Shown here one piece after another: positions 1 to 13,669 of a DNA stretch of 64,000 nt. Under the pieces are notes generated by a model. It had not been told where the DNA came from. It did not search any database and saw only the letters and a list, made by a program, of their open reading frames with translations. Position 1 is the first letter of the stretch. Each line of letters begins with the position of its first letter. The stretch is taken from assembly GCA_964016885.1 (NCBI GenBank), contig OZ024740.1, forward strand, positions 300,204,001 to 300,268,000, given 5' to 3'. Both the position numbers and the translations under genes were made by a program. The DNA comes from Eledone cirrhosa. Taxonomy: Eukaryota.

Positions 1-2416
1 CCTCTACCACCATTTTCTACCCCTAGGAATGAAATCTGGTACAATTACGTTTTTCCTCCCTATTTAAGGAGAAAAATTCCAAAGAGCAAGATGCCAGATC
101 TCCTACAACATTATACATCCGGTGTAATTTGAACTGCAATCTCCTCAACGTGAGTGACTAATTTCAGAACGTATAATAAAAAAGGAGATGCGAATTGCTC
201 TGGAATCAATTTCGAAGTCATTTGTACATCAAGCCTGGATATGAATCCAAACTTTATTCGAATAGACTCGGAATGTTGAGGGCAGAACTTTGACAACCAC
301 ATAATTGCTTTCTTCCCTAAACAATAAAAAAAAACTTGTGTCAACAGGGCAATAACACCTATTTCGGAGAAAAACAAGAGAACCACCTGGAAGAGAAACA
401 CCAGCACTAGGAAAGCAACACTTCACAACAGTTATTGTAGCACGAATAACTGCTGTAACTGTCGCTGTATCAGCAACAGAACTGCCAACAACACCAGCAG
501 TCCATAAAAGAAGAACAGTGGCGGTAATATCAACAATAAAACAGAAGATGGAACCCTAATAGGTTGGGTAAACGTGGCTTTTGGGTTTTCCCAAATATAG
601 CATAATATTGATCTTTTTGATAACCATTGTGGTTAACAAATAAATTATTATTATTATTATCATTGTTGTTGTTGTTGTTAAAAATAATATTGAAAAAGAA
701 TATTTCCTTATACCTATAACCGAGTTATTTTCAATATTAGAATTTTTTTGTATTTAATTTTCTAAAACAAATGCATATGAAATAGATAAGAAAATAAGAA
801 GAAAAGCATGTGATAATAAACGAAATACAATAAAAGAAGGAAAACACGGTTTCAATCATAAAGAGAAACAAAAAGCAGTGATGCAAAGAACAGCAGAATG
901 GCAGACAAGCAAAGCAGATAATAAAATGACGGTAAAATGTTCCAGCATTCAACAAATTAATGCCACGAATTTCTTTTTTTTAAATTTAACGACAGAATAT
1001 CATTTAGCTCGGTCTTACATTCCGCTGTGTGTCGCACATTCTGACAGGTTCATGTAATAAATATAATCATTCAATTTTATGTTCTTTCTTGCAACCATAT
1101 TGCGATACAATTGGCGTGACACTCAATGTTTTATAATAAACAGAACGAACCAACGAGCTTAATCAAATACACACAAGTATGTACACATATTTGCTTACCT
1201 GCAAAAACACACATTGAAATATGAATATAATAGGTACACGTATCTATAATACTTACACATATGTACGTATATATCAGCATGTATTTAAAGATATATACAT
1301 GGATGCAGATACCTATATCTTGGCCGGATTATATCTCAAGTACAGCATTTTCTTCTCTTTAATTATGTCGTAAAATTTGTTTTCCCCATTTGAGCATAGT
1401 TCAGTCTCTAAGCTCTCCGCCTGTAAAATTGTAAAATTGTAACCGTTCATTTTGATCGCTCGTCAAGTTCTGATCTGTTAACATTGTAGAATCTTTGTAC
1501 GCACATATTCAAAGTAGCAGTCAATATACATTACTCAAACAAGCTTGTGTTTCAGAATTGCCTCTGTAGATAAATCTGTAACATTGGCATCCAAGTTTTA
1601 TTTCTATTTTTACACTGCACACAATCACAAGAAAATCCCACCTTGACGTATATTTTCGATTATACTTAGGCGTATTCTTGAACACAATCCGATATACAAA
1701 CATTATTACTCTCACCCTCGCCAAAAATATGAAACTTCATCGCAGTATGTTTTCCATTATTCTCAACGTATACTCCATGTATTTGCTTAAGCTCCTATAA
1801 TCACCACATCTACCACATTTCTCTCTCAAAACTAAATAATCAATACCCAAAACACGTATTGGTGTATCTCATGTTGTAAATGAGAAATTATTCGGCTGCT
1901 GCAGGTTCTCGTTTCTAAGCTTAAAATGACAATGAAAAGAATATGAAAGAAACTGCTTTTCATAAAATCGTGTCTCGAATCCAAGTAGAATATATGTAAA
2001 ATCAGCTATTCCATATGCGTATTAAGAACCAGTAATATTAAGCCTTTCGGTAAAGAAACGTTGGTTCAACTATCATCAGGCAAGTGTTCCAAGTGATCGA
2101 CAGATAAATCTTAGCAAGGTCTCACAACTAGGAGCTTTATCCACCATTTGCTCACAATTGTTCGCACTGATTCTATATATTACTCTATTTAGTTTGGTTG
2201 TTGAATATCACAACAGATGTTTCTTTAGAATAACGACACACTAGCTGATTAAACAAGCTACAGTATTACGTAAATACTATTACTCTCCTCCCCTCATTAA
2301 TGTTCGAAAACTGTCGTCATTCAGGTTGCAGGTAATAATCTTTCATGCAAAGCTCACACATACGCACATACAGACATACGCACATACAGACACATGCACA
2401 CACACCACACACAGAC

Positions 2417-2467
<51 letters not shown>

Positions 2468-4418
2468 GGATATATGGCGATTCTTGGTACGTTAGAATTT
2501 CACCTGTGCATTCACAAGACTGAATACTCAAGAGAGTATAAACAGGTGAAGATTCGGTGGAGGGAAGAATGAAGTGGCTGGGTATTTTTGAATTGATGCA
2601 TGGAGATTTGAATGCAGTAAAGGAGAGGATATGTGAAAGAAAAGAAGGAAGGGTTGTGTAAAAAGAAATAAATGAAGGATAATAAATAAAAAGAAAGATA
2701 TGGGGAAGAGTGCGTGAACCAAGGATTGAGGACATTACATAAAAGAATCAGGATGGGTAGTTGCGAAAAAGTGGGACGACAAGCGATATAGGATGCAGGA
2801 AGTAAATCAGGAAGAAAGAGAACGTAGGGGAAAAAAACAGAAACATAGCGGGAAAAGAAATAAGAAAGAGGCGAAAGAAAATTATGAAGACAAAACAAAG
2901 GGAAAATGGAAAAGAGCAAAAGTAAGAACAGAGAGTAAGGGGGGAGAGGGGGAAGAGGGGATAGAGAGAGAGGGAGAGGGAGGGAAGAGGGAAGATTAAA
3001 GGAAGACAAAGAAAAGAAAGAAGAGAGGAGTGTAGGTGACAGGGTGGATAGATAAGAGACAGGTATATACAAAACAAATAGAAAACATATTAGTGGGTTG
3101 GTGAGTGTGTATCAATTAATGGCGGTTGATAAAATGTTAATGCGGGTTGATAAAATAAGATATTTAGAGTATTTGATGATGATGATGATGATAATATTAT
3201 GGTGATGGTGTATACGTTGATAAGGATGGTGGAATCAATTAGAGGAATAGAATTTACTGAAATAGTAAACATGAGCAAAAAAGCTATTTGGCAATGGGAA
3301 AGAAGAGTAAAGTGTCAGTGAATGAAAAATAGTATTAATCTATAGCATGATACTACTATAAACTACAATAAACTGTGTACTACAACACTCTCAAAACTTC
3401 TAGTAGCAATGTAGATTACAGTGTAGAAATACTAATGTTGTTGATGTTAAATTAATTGAAATGCAGACATGATGAATTGGTAAAGTCAATAGTAATAGCA
3501 GTATAATCGCAGTATTGAAGGAAATTTGATATAGAAATGTAATTACATATAAATTATTATATATTAGTTCTCCTGATTATGTTCTGGGGTCGGGTCAGCA
3601 ATCGTAGGATGCGGAGCCGAAATATTTGGAAAAGGTTTGGAAAAGAAAGATTGGAAGTAAAAAATATTTAGTTTATCACCAGTCAGCAAAGCTCAGGAGA
3701 TAAAGTTGTTAAATTATTCACAATCTATAGAAATTAGAATAATCTGCAGCATTCGCACAGTAACATAGCGATGACGGAGACACTTATAACTTGAATGTAT
3801 GGAGGCTTCTTAAGTTGGGTTGGTGGTGGAGTGTCTGGACGGGTCTTCCGATATTTCTACAATCCGTTGTGGTAGGGTGTTCCCTGAAACGGTAATTATG
3901 CAGTGCGCATCCGAGGTACGCGTGTTTCAAGCGCCATCGGCTGAAATTCTTTTTATACTGACACTCTATGGAGTGTTTCTTTCAGAGAGTTCAGTTCATT
4001 GGTGGATAAAGCGGAACCATTTATATGTTCCGTGGTATATAAGTTACATCTCGTGCCTTCTTCATTAAGCGATTTCAACATTGTCACAATGTTCCACTTG
4101 ATGATTGTGTTTATGAAATCTTTGTTACTTCAATTGCCACATGTAGTTCTACAATGATATTGAGTTCTGTAATCGCATAGCTTTGAAAATATACAGGCGT
4201 AGAACGAAGTGAGTTTTAAAGATATATTCAATCAGTGCGATATCAATTTATATTCAACCACCACCAATATTCCAATTGATCATTACATATGTTAAAATTA
4301 CAGCCACAAGCTTTGATTATTTATATATTTTAAGTACACTATACTTATACTAGCATCACTACTGAGTTCTATAAGTGTCGAAGACCCGCGCGGCTGTAGT
4401 TATATACCTACATATTTC

Positions 4419-4498
<80 letters not shown>

Positions 4499-4514
4499 TC
4501 TCTCTCTCCCTCTC

Positions 4515-4551
<37 letters not shown>

Positions 4552-4669
4552 CCGCCCGGACTAGCAAATGCTAATTTTTCGGCGTCTTGTCGTCTTGGGC
4601 ATTTCTCTCTGCTTTTCAGCACCTTGGATTGTGTCTATTATTATATTCCTATGTTGGATAAATTTCGGA

Positions 4670-4727
4670 ATACCTGATGATGTCACCGGATTCACACTTA
4701 ACCCGGTCATTGAAATGTTCATAGTAT
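4670..4727 (+). ncRNA. Type I hammerhead ribozyme motif, family A (diverged copy)
   Basis: ATAC-CTGATGA-[stem II ACCGG/CCGGT]-GAAA-TGTTCA-TA-GTAT, then AATAAA. Homologous to the copies at 10546 and 57013, where stem III is the palindrome TGATCA. Confidence 0.7.
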
Positions 4728-4916
4728 AATAAACCTTTAAGGAATTATACCAGTCTAGCCTCCTATTATTTTTATATATATATATAGTAATAATAATAGT
4801 TGCAACGTTTTTTGAAATATCCACTTCTGCGTTTACAGATTGACTTTGTTAGTTTCAGAAGATCCCGTTAAGGGTGAAAGCAGCGATTCTTTGCTTAAAC
4901 TTTAATCTGTTATTTT

Positions 4917-4988
<72 letters not shown>

Positions 4989-5053
4989 ATGTATATATAT
5001 ATATAGAGAGAGAGAGAGATTACAATAATCAAAGTTCAGCTTAAATCATTTAT

Positions 5054-5102
5054 TTGCTTACAATTGTTTCCTCCAAACCGAGGTTTGGATTCTTCGGAGC
5101 AA
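5054..5102 (-). ncRNA. Type I hammerhead ribozyme motif, family B (CCGAAGA core)
   Basis: Minus strand: TTGCT-CCGAAGA-A-TCCAAAC/GTTTGGA-G-GAAA-CAATTG-TA-AGCAA-ATAAA. Related sequence at 38641 (+); partial copies at 6103 and 47641. Confidence 0.7.
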
Positions 5103-5244
5103 CTATTAAGTGATCTATAACATACTTGACCTCCTTTTCAACACAAGAGACATATATAAAAACATATACACATATTGATCCACAGTGGGATGACATCCAT
5201 CAAAATGATATAGCATGGCAATTTACATACAAGGGTTAAAGGAT

Positions 5245-5447
5245 AAAGATAAAAATAAAAATAAAAATAAAAATAAAAATAAAAATAAAAATAAAAATAA
5301 AAATAAAAATAAAAATAAAAATAAAAATAAAAATAAAAATAAAAATAAAAATAAAAATAAAAATAAAAATAAAAATAAAAATAAAAATAAAAATAAAAAT
5401 AAAAATAAAAATAAAAATAAAAATAAAAATAAAAATAAAAATAAAAA
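5245..5447. repeat. (AAAAAT)n hexanucleotide microsatellite
   Basis: Perfect tandem array. Confidence 0.95.
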
Positions 5448-6360
5448 TGAAGCATTGGCAGTCTATGAAGATAAAGCAAGAGGAAAGTTTAGAGTAGTCA
5501 GTGTATGAAACAATCTCACGTGTAGCATGCACGCGTGTCTTATTTATACAGTATTAGAGTGCGTCAGAATGTTACGTGCAGGGCCAGGCAGTTGAAGCAG
5601 GCAATCGATATTATTATGTGGGCTGAATTATTAAATTATTTTTTCACATACACCTGTATCATATACTGTCCCGAATGTGGAGAAACACAAAAATATAAAA
5701 AATATCAAACATATTATAAAACATATTATATCGTAGGCAAAAGAGTACCACTGTCTTCGCGCACACCACCACTCACATAATCCATGAGACGCAATATATA
5801 GACCACGGGTCTATCATATAATTCACGATGGTTCGGCATATAACCAAGTAATAAACCGTATCTTGTCGATTCTTAATTAATAGATCATGTTGTTTAGTTT
5901 TGTGTGATGATACTATATTTCGGAACTGTTTTGCCTACGATACAATATGTTTTATAATATGTTTGATATTTTTGATATTTTAGTGTTTCTCTACATTCGG
6001 GACTGTATATCATACAGGTGTATGCAAAAAAATGATTTAATAATTCAGCCCACATAATAATATCGATTGCCTGCTTCAACTGCCTGACCCTGCAAGTAAC
6101 ATCCTCGGTTTGGAGGAAACAATTGTAAGCAAATAAATGATTTAAACTGAACTTTGATTATTGTAATCTCTATATAACTGCTCTGTAAAACAACCGATGT
6201 TATTACATTGAGCTATTTATCTTACTGGTAATAGGATAGTAATTAACGACTATCTTTCACTATTTAGGGTTTGTATAAAAAATATATAACCATAAATTCT
6301 TTTACTTTATATAACCATTATATAACCATTATATAACCAAAAATATATAACCATTCTTTT

Positions 6361-6420
<60 letters not shown>

Positions 6421-6471
6421 AAAAGAATGAACACTATCATGGTCGGCCTGTACAGAAAGTCTTTATTTACT

Positions 6472-6581
6472 GTATTAACAATTGTTTCATTAATCAGGTG
6501 AGTCTAAAGGCCGCTGATATGCTAAAAATTACGTCACTCGACCTTAATTACACTGTTTGCCTGACCAACTCATCGGAATAC
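6472..6581 (-). ncRNA. Type I hammerhead ribozyme motif, family C (long stem II)
   Basis: Minus strand: GTATT-CCGATGA-GTTGGTCAGG...CCTGATTAAT-GAAA-CAATTG-TT-AATAC, then AGTAAATAAA. Stem II pairs over 10 bp including G-U pairs. Confidence 0.7.
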
Positions 6582-6756
6582 CACCTGCCTGGGAACTCTC
6601 TTAAGTTGGCCACCTGACTAAGGAAACTTCTTGTTGAGAAAAATAACACCGTTAAAACTATCCTCAACACAAGGTACTCACAACCTCTACCTGGATTACC
6701 TTAAACAATGCCTTGTATCCTATATATATTTATATATATATATATACACACACACA

Positions 6757-6851
<95 letters not shown>

Positions 6852-8835
6852 CATAATATTTATAACATTTGCTCATAAAATACTGTACACTTAAATTAAA
6901 TTTGATTGCAGATTTAGAGAAGAAATAGTATCGGATGTATATGTGTTCAAGTCAAAATATGGGTGTTGAATATACCAGTCAAACTAACCACTAGAAAATG
7001 TTTACAGTTAAATAATTCCTACACTCATTCTTCTTCTTCTTCTTCTTCTTCTTCTTCTTCTTCTTCTTCTTCTTCTTCTATTGTACAACTGCTCCTATTG
7101 AAAATGGTAAATGTTTTGTTGGTAGAGCTGTGTTTAGGTTCTAATAGTAACTATCATAGCACTTTGGCTAACCTATACTGTTGATAGACCTTGTGATGAA
7201 TAATGTTACGTATTAATCAATAAAAACTGTTGAATTGTGTAAAGATAGTTCATTCCAGTTGGCATTCGTTTTGCACAGTAGCCAATTATCGAAATACTTT
7301 TCTCTTAAGATCATTAGACTTTTCAATCTGGACGTGGCATAATATTTATCACATCTCTCTCAACTATAACATCTTAAACTCTCCACATACAAAATTACCA
7401 AATATTAATTACATATTTCTATTACGTTACGGTGCACCATATATGATATAAAGTAATTCATTTATTAAAGTTATAAGACGTTAGCATATTAAGGATTTGA
7501 AACAAACGAGAACTACTCTTCCGAAGGTTAAAGTTCTTGCTGTTGAGTACAGTGATTGTAGCTGAGCATAAATATTGTAGCTGAGCATAAATATTTAAAA
7601 TGAAGAGAGCCAGGTTTATCAAATTAAATCCATTTGTTAAATATTTACGTTTGCTTAATTACAGCGATAATGGTACATGCATATGTAAACAACTAGTCAA
7701 TCAGAAACAGTTAATTAACTATTATTTACACTAAACACAATACAAATAAACCCGCATATCACCAGGAATTATTAGAAAGGATTGAAATTGACCAAATACA
7801 AATTTCAAGAATATGACCAGTGTCAAATTTTGGACCTAGACAACACACAAAAAAGAACACAAACGAAGCTGGCTAGAATGTTGTAAAAGAGGTTTTTTTT
7901 TTTTAGGTTGAATTAAAAATCAGTACAATATTGTTATATATTGTAATTGTTAGAAGAATGTTCACTGGTGAAAAATCCTAGAAGCGAAATTTTTCAATAG
8001 TTGCAATAATAACAATTTTCGCATTAATGGATATAAAATATGTGGCAACATATTTATTATTATTAGTCAGGTTCCTCGTACCAATATAAATGAAATTCGA
8101 AAGTAGTGGACATTATACAATATGTTTATATCAGGCATTCAGAGTTCCGATATCTTGCGGCAAATTCAAATGCGAGACAGTGGTTTCACCACCTAGCGTG
8201 TTTCGCGTTGTACAGTAACCTGTTTAATTTTGACTCTGCATTAGAGCCTGTGAATTTATACAAAACACACATTTATTCCCTTTGATCAGATTGAAAGTTA
8301 ATAGAGCATATATTTCAGCGTCTGTGTGCTGCCTACATAATTTACATATTTTTATGGAGATTAAATACATTTAAAAGAATGTTTAAATGACAATGAAATT
8401 TCGATGCATCAAGACAACATTTTCCCAAATAATAATTTTTATGAAACTTTGATGGCATAAATAGTCTTTACTGTTTTTTATCAATGTAGCCCCGAACGTT
8501 CAAAGTAAACCCGGTTTTCGATATATTATTTTTTAATTCATATATGGCAGTGCAAATCATTACACTTGAGTACAAGGGATGTATAATGTAATATGTCCAA
8601 GTCCTTAAGCAATCTTTTATAAGAATACACTGTCATATATTGTTATTGCATCATCATATAAGTGTAAATACATGTGGAGAAGCTCGTAAAGGCGCTAGAG
8701 ACAATGAATTGGAAAATAATGTTTGTTCAAGTTGAAAACATGTATGTACGAGTATAAATATATATTCAAATCTAGCTATACACGTGTACATGTACACACA
8801 TACACACACTACCATATATATATATATATATATAT

Positions 8836-9280
8836 AATATGTTGAAAAGGTAACACACCAGAGAGAGTTATACAGTGCGCTATCAATAAAACAGGTAAAA
8901 AAAACACCAGTGTTGTCTGAAATGTATAGCCTTACACACGCTGATGAACTGAGTCTAACCCATTTCTTTCAACAAATTACTGGTGAAACATATCTTTGGA
9001 TTAGTATCTTTGGATCTGTACGTGTGTTATATAGTTATAGAGGTATTTATTTACGCTTTAATTTATATTTTTAATTATCGTGTCTATAGTCTGCCTTTCA
9101 TAGATTATAGATTCCATACACTGGTGGTTTTTTCCCTGTTTTATTGATAGCGCACTGTATATCTCTCTCTGGTGTGTTACCTTTTCAAGATATTGTATTT
9201 TAAAGAGCTCAGGATTTTTTTCTCTTTTGAACACATTATTTACAGGGAATAGCGAGGGCCTATGCCTCCGTTAATTTATC

Positions 9281-9283
<3 letters not shown>
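8836..9283 (+). mobile_element. Short ORF-less HHR element in (TA)n with inverted 5' copy (arms 8836-8913 / 9118-9194)
   Basis: Inverted repeat of about 77 bp around an HHR; (TA)n on both sides. Confidence 0.65.
8934..9027 (+). ncRNA. Type I hammerhead ribozyme motif, family D
   Basis: ACACACG-CTGATGA...GAAA-CA...TG-TA-CGTGTGT. Perfect 7-bp stem I; stem III is expanded by a duplicated TATCTTTGGA. Confidence 0.7.
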
Positions 9284-9335
<52 letters not shown>

Positions 9336-10067
9336 AATGAGTGTGAAAGACCAAAAAGCAATATTGAAAGTGTCTGGATGTGTATATTTGGCAAGGTGCT
9401 TTGTATTTATTATTGGAGAGGGTAACAACGATCACTCACATACTCTACTCTAAATAACTATACATTCACAATTATTTAAAAAATCCAATTATAACATTTA
9501 GTATTACTGTATATTGACAGTAATATGTACAGTATATATATATATAATGATTAGTAAACAAGACAATACACATTTTTTACGCAAAAATCTGATTGTAGTT
9601 TTGTTTTCACATATGTATTTTTTTAAATGTTATTTATTCATTATACAAATTAAATGATAGCATTCTATATTTGGGTGGGCTCCCTTTATCTCCTGGCAAC
9701 CAATATTTTTAGACTGTGTCTACCACTGTATATAATGTATCTGCATATTGAGAGAGCTATATGGTAGATAGATTGTGGTACCGATCAAAATAATGAGATA
9801 AGAAACTATACCGTACATATTCAGAAGAAGAACGGGGAAAGAATGTGTAAGCCAGTGAAAGAAATACCAGATACGGGAATAGATGCTCTTTACTCATGTA
9901 AACCATTTTAATGCTCCAAACTGTCTGCAAGACTAAAACGTAGTCCAACCAAACACTTCCCAAAGGCGTCAAACCAGACATTTTTGACAGAAGTAATTAC
10001 AAACGATAGATGGGGTTTCATTAAATAATTGGAAACGTTTAAAACAACGTATGTAGCGGGTTCTGAA

Positions 10068-10264
<197 letters not shown>

Positions 10265-10545
10265 CAGGTTTAGCAAATAATGAAAAAGTTTCAAAATAAA
10301 TTTTAAAAAATTGACTTTACTTACTATAGATATATATATAGATATATTTATTCAGGTTTGTGGTTCAAAACTGTATAGAGCTGGTCTATTCCGTATGGTC
10401 AATCGTAATGTAATAATATAGAGAGTACTTAACGTAAAGCAGTTCAACCGTCTTTGTTTTGGTAGTTGGTGGTGCTATTACGGAGTTAAATATTATAATG
10501 AAATGACAGGAGGCTGGATTTGTGTAAATCCTTGAAAGGTTTATT

Positions 10546-10603
10546 ATACTATGATCATTTCAATGACCGGGTTCCATATGAATCCGGTGATATCATCAGG
10601 TAT
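10546..10603 (-). ncRNA. Type I hammerhead ribozyme motif, family A
   Basis: Minus strand: ATAC-CTGATGA-TATC-ACCGG...CCGGT-CATT-GAAA-TGATCA-TA-GTAT-AATAAA, inside an approx. 300-bp repeat (10350-10650) shared with 56817-57115. Confidence 0.8.
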
Positions 10604-10997
10604 TCGAAATATAATACGTCAATGTAATAGATAAAATCCATGGGGCTGAAACGATAGAGGGTGCAAGATAGCGGTCGCCCTCGGGTCCTCGATTCGAGCT
10701 GCCAATTATTGAGTCGGGTAGGATCGATATAGATAGAACCTTGTGCTGATCAGTGGCGAAACGCGCGTCACCTATCAATAAATGCAATGAAGGAATAATC
10801 AATCGTCCTTTTTATCCTTTCTATATTTTACACTCTGTATAGCTCTACACATCATCACAGAAGTGAACCTAAACATCGAGTGCTCACCCGGGTGAACCTG
10901 CAGTAACTCCTAGTTACACCCTCTGGATATATATATATAGTTATATATATATATATATATATAGTTATATATATATATATATAGTTATATATATAGT

Positions 10998-11029
<32 letters not shown>

Positions 11030-11090
11030 TTTATATATATATTTAAATATATGTGATATATATGTATTTAAATATCTGTGTGTATGTGTG

Positions 11091-11121
<31 letters not shown>

Positions 11122-12334
11122 GTGTGTGTGTGCGCGCGCACCCTGTGTGTGTGTCTGTATACCGGGAGATATACAAAAGATGATAGAGAGATGATAGAGA
11201 TGATAGACAAAAGATGATAGAGAGAAAGATAAACTGCGGGAGAGCGAGAGACAGAGAGAAGGAAATTAAAAAAAAGGCAAAATAATTAGGCGCTGGATCA
11301 TCTAATCCAGATTACCAGTTTATAGATTGGGAAAGCACTAGAGATTTAGGCCAATATTTCTTTCAGGACTTAGAGGCAGGAAGGAAATTACAAGAAAGCA
11401 AAGAAAAACAAAAAAGAGTGGAAAGTACAGCACCTTTGGGCTTGTATTTCAATTAATTCGGTGGTAACGGGAAGGTAAGTAATATTATGCAGGCCAATAC
11501 ACAAGTGCTGGGGTATGCATGCAACTTCAATTAATATGTATAACATACATCCCTATTTACGGGACATGTATATGGATCTTGTAACAGATTATAATATGGC
11601 CGTGTATCAAGAGAGATTGCGACTTAAATGAATAGTGGTGGGGATTCTATTCCGGGTGTGCAGCAAGACCCCAAACTAAAAATAAATTATTACTTTCTAC
11701 TAATTCTAGAAATGACTTTCTACTAATTGTAGAAACGACTCATACGCTCTTAAGTTCCTGTTAGAATGTTAGAGGTATTAAAATAGACGGGAACTTTTAT
11801 GAGATTATTTTCACGGTGGACGATTTAAATGGTGACCATTTTTTCCTATATAGAGAATATTGCCCATTGAGCATTAAAGAAATATCATGGTAGGTCTGAG
11901 ACGGCTTAAATAGTCAGAAATAAGTAAGGTGTAACTAATTGTTTCAATAACGGTGATGGTGTTCATGGTTTTGGTTGTGATGAAAGGAGAGTTGTGATGA
12001 CAGGATCGAGATATTTAATGGGGTCAAGGTAGTGCTAAAATAATAGCGACGAGTGCGCTTGAAGAACGAGAACAATGGGTTTGGAAAGGTGGTTGGATCC
12101 AACTAGAAGAAGGATAAAATGTGCATGGACACGACGTGAGAAGCGTGTAAATTGGATGCGTGTTTGCTGTGAAGAACATGAATGCGATTTATGGTGGCCC
12201 GAACAGAATGTAAGAGCGTGATGGTGCAGTTAAGTGGGCAAGGACGGATAAGGGTGGCTTGGACTAGGACGACGCAGTCTATATCTATGTCTCTCTCTCT
12301 CATTATATATATATATATATACACACACACACGC

Positions 12335-12416
<82 letters not shown>

Positions 12417-12575
12417 TATATATATATATATATAGAAGAGATATTATCTCGAAAATTAAGGACATTTAAATAAATCTAAGGTAAAAGACGAATTGTCAAC
12501 AATATCTTTTGCATTTGCATTCTTTATTCTATGTCCATACATGCATTGTTTTGGCTTTATTATACATATACAAAC

Positions 12576-12613
<38 letters not shown>

Positions 12614-12875
12614 GTGTGTGTTTCTGTGCGTGTGTGTTATGGTATAGGTTATGTACAATTTCCTTCTACTAGATTTGACCTCGAAAGCACTTGTTAGCTC
12701 CGGATATATAAGATGACGCTTGGTAATGTGATGCGTGTTAAGACGGATCTTGAAAAGCTAGATGTACCAGGTTTCAGGTTTATACATTCAGCGACATATT
12801 AATATATATATATATATATATATATAAAGAATGAATAATAAAGGTAGACATCATAAAAAGGTAATTTATTCCGTG

Positions 12876-12987
12876 TGCTTACAAATGTTTCCACGGTGGT
12901 TATACAGCCTAGTTATGCTAGGTGCAAATTCACAACTATTTGCAAAACTCAATTATCAAATGCTGTGACCATTGTATCATCAGAGCA
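12876..12987 (-). ncRNA. Hammerhead ribozyme motif in the inverted pLTR of the PLE (family E)
   Basis: Minus strand: TGCT-CTGATGA-[approx. 85 nt]-GAAA-CATTTG-TA-AGCA, then AATAAA. Confidence 0.7.
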
Positions 12988-13669
12988 GATTGGTTAAAAT
13001 GTACAATGTAAATACCCGTATGTGAGGTTATTAGGGAAGATAGAGTAGAAAAGGAAGAGAGAAAAGAAGGGGAGAAGGAGAGAGAGAGAAAGATATGCAG
13101 GGGTTGGAGAAATAGGAGAGAGTGGTTTGTCGATATCTTAATCAAAAGGTTATGGTAGGGGTTTTATTATACTGGTTACTCTTAAAGCAACCACCTTAAG
13201 CAATGCGTTGATAGTCAAGGTTGGAATTATTTATTGCCCCAGAGGGCAGGTTCATAGATGTGGAGAGGGAGAGATAGAGAGGGGACAGACGAAAGCTATG
13301 GGGTGGGTGAACATTGGGTTCGTAATAGTAATCTGCGAATTGCACTAAGTTACCATTTATAGTGATAAGCAGGGTATTGTCTTGTAGTGTGGGGGAAGAG
13401 AAAGTGGTTAGCTAGAAAGCAATGTTATAGTTACGGGTTCGAATGTTAAGTTATTTTATAGTTAGAGAATTTAGCTTTTAGTTTGTGGTTGCAGTATAAT
13501 GATCGTTCGATTCTATCGTTAAGTAGTTTATTTTTGGATTTTAAGATGTAAAAGAGTTCAAGGTTACATAACCTAAAGTACTTCAATCCACTCCGATATG
13601 CACTTGAGCTGGAAAGTATATCCCATTTTAAGGTGAACTGTTGGTTGCGTTCACGGAGTTGCCAGGGAC

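Larger units (their letters stand above)
5015..6171. repeat. Nested inverted repeats: outer arms 5015-5083 / 6103-6171, inner arms 5569-5742 / 5929-6102
   Basis: Direct reverse-complement matches. The ORF track gives near-identical peptides at 5535 (+) and 5894 (-). Confidence 0.85.

Noticed and set aside
2040-2085. CTGATGA...GAAA on the minus strand
   Set aside because: Stems I and III do not pair convincingly.
3568-3635. CTGATTA...GAAA hammerhead-like relic
   Set aside because: Core is mutated and there is no clear cleavage triplet. Similar weak cases at 4856, 10030, 21228 and 37575 were not counted.
10661-10795. HHR 3' half GAAA-CGCGCG-TC-ACCTATC-AATAAA
   Set aside because: No recognisable CUGANGA upstream; kept only as supporting evidence.
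11280-12275. Non-microsatellite block that may be an old retroelement
   Set aside because: No convincing motif in the frames I could read.
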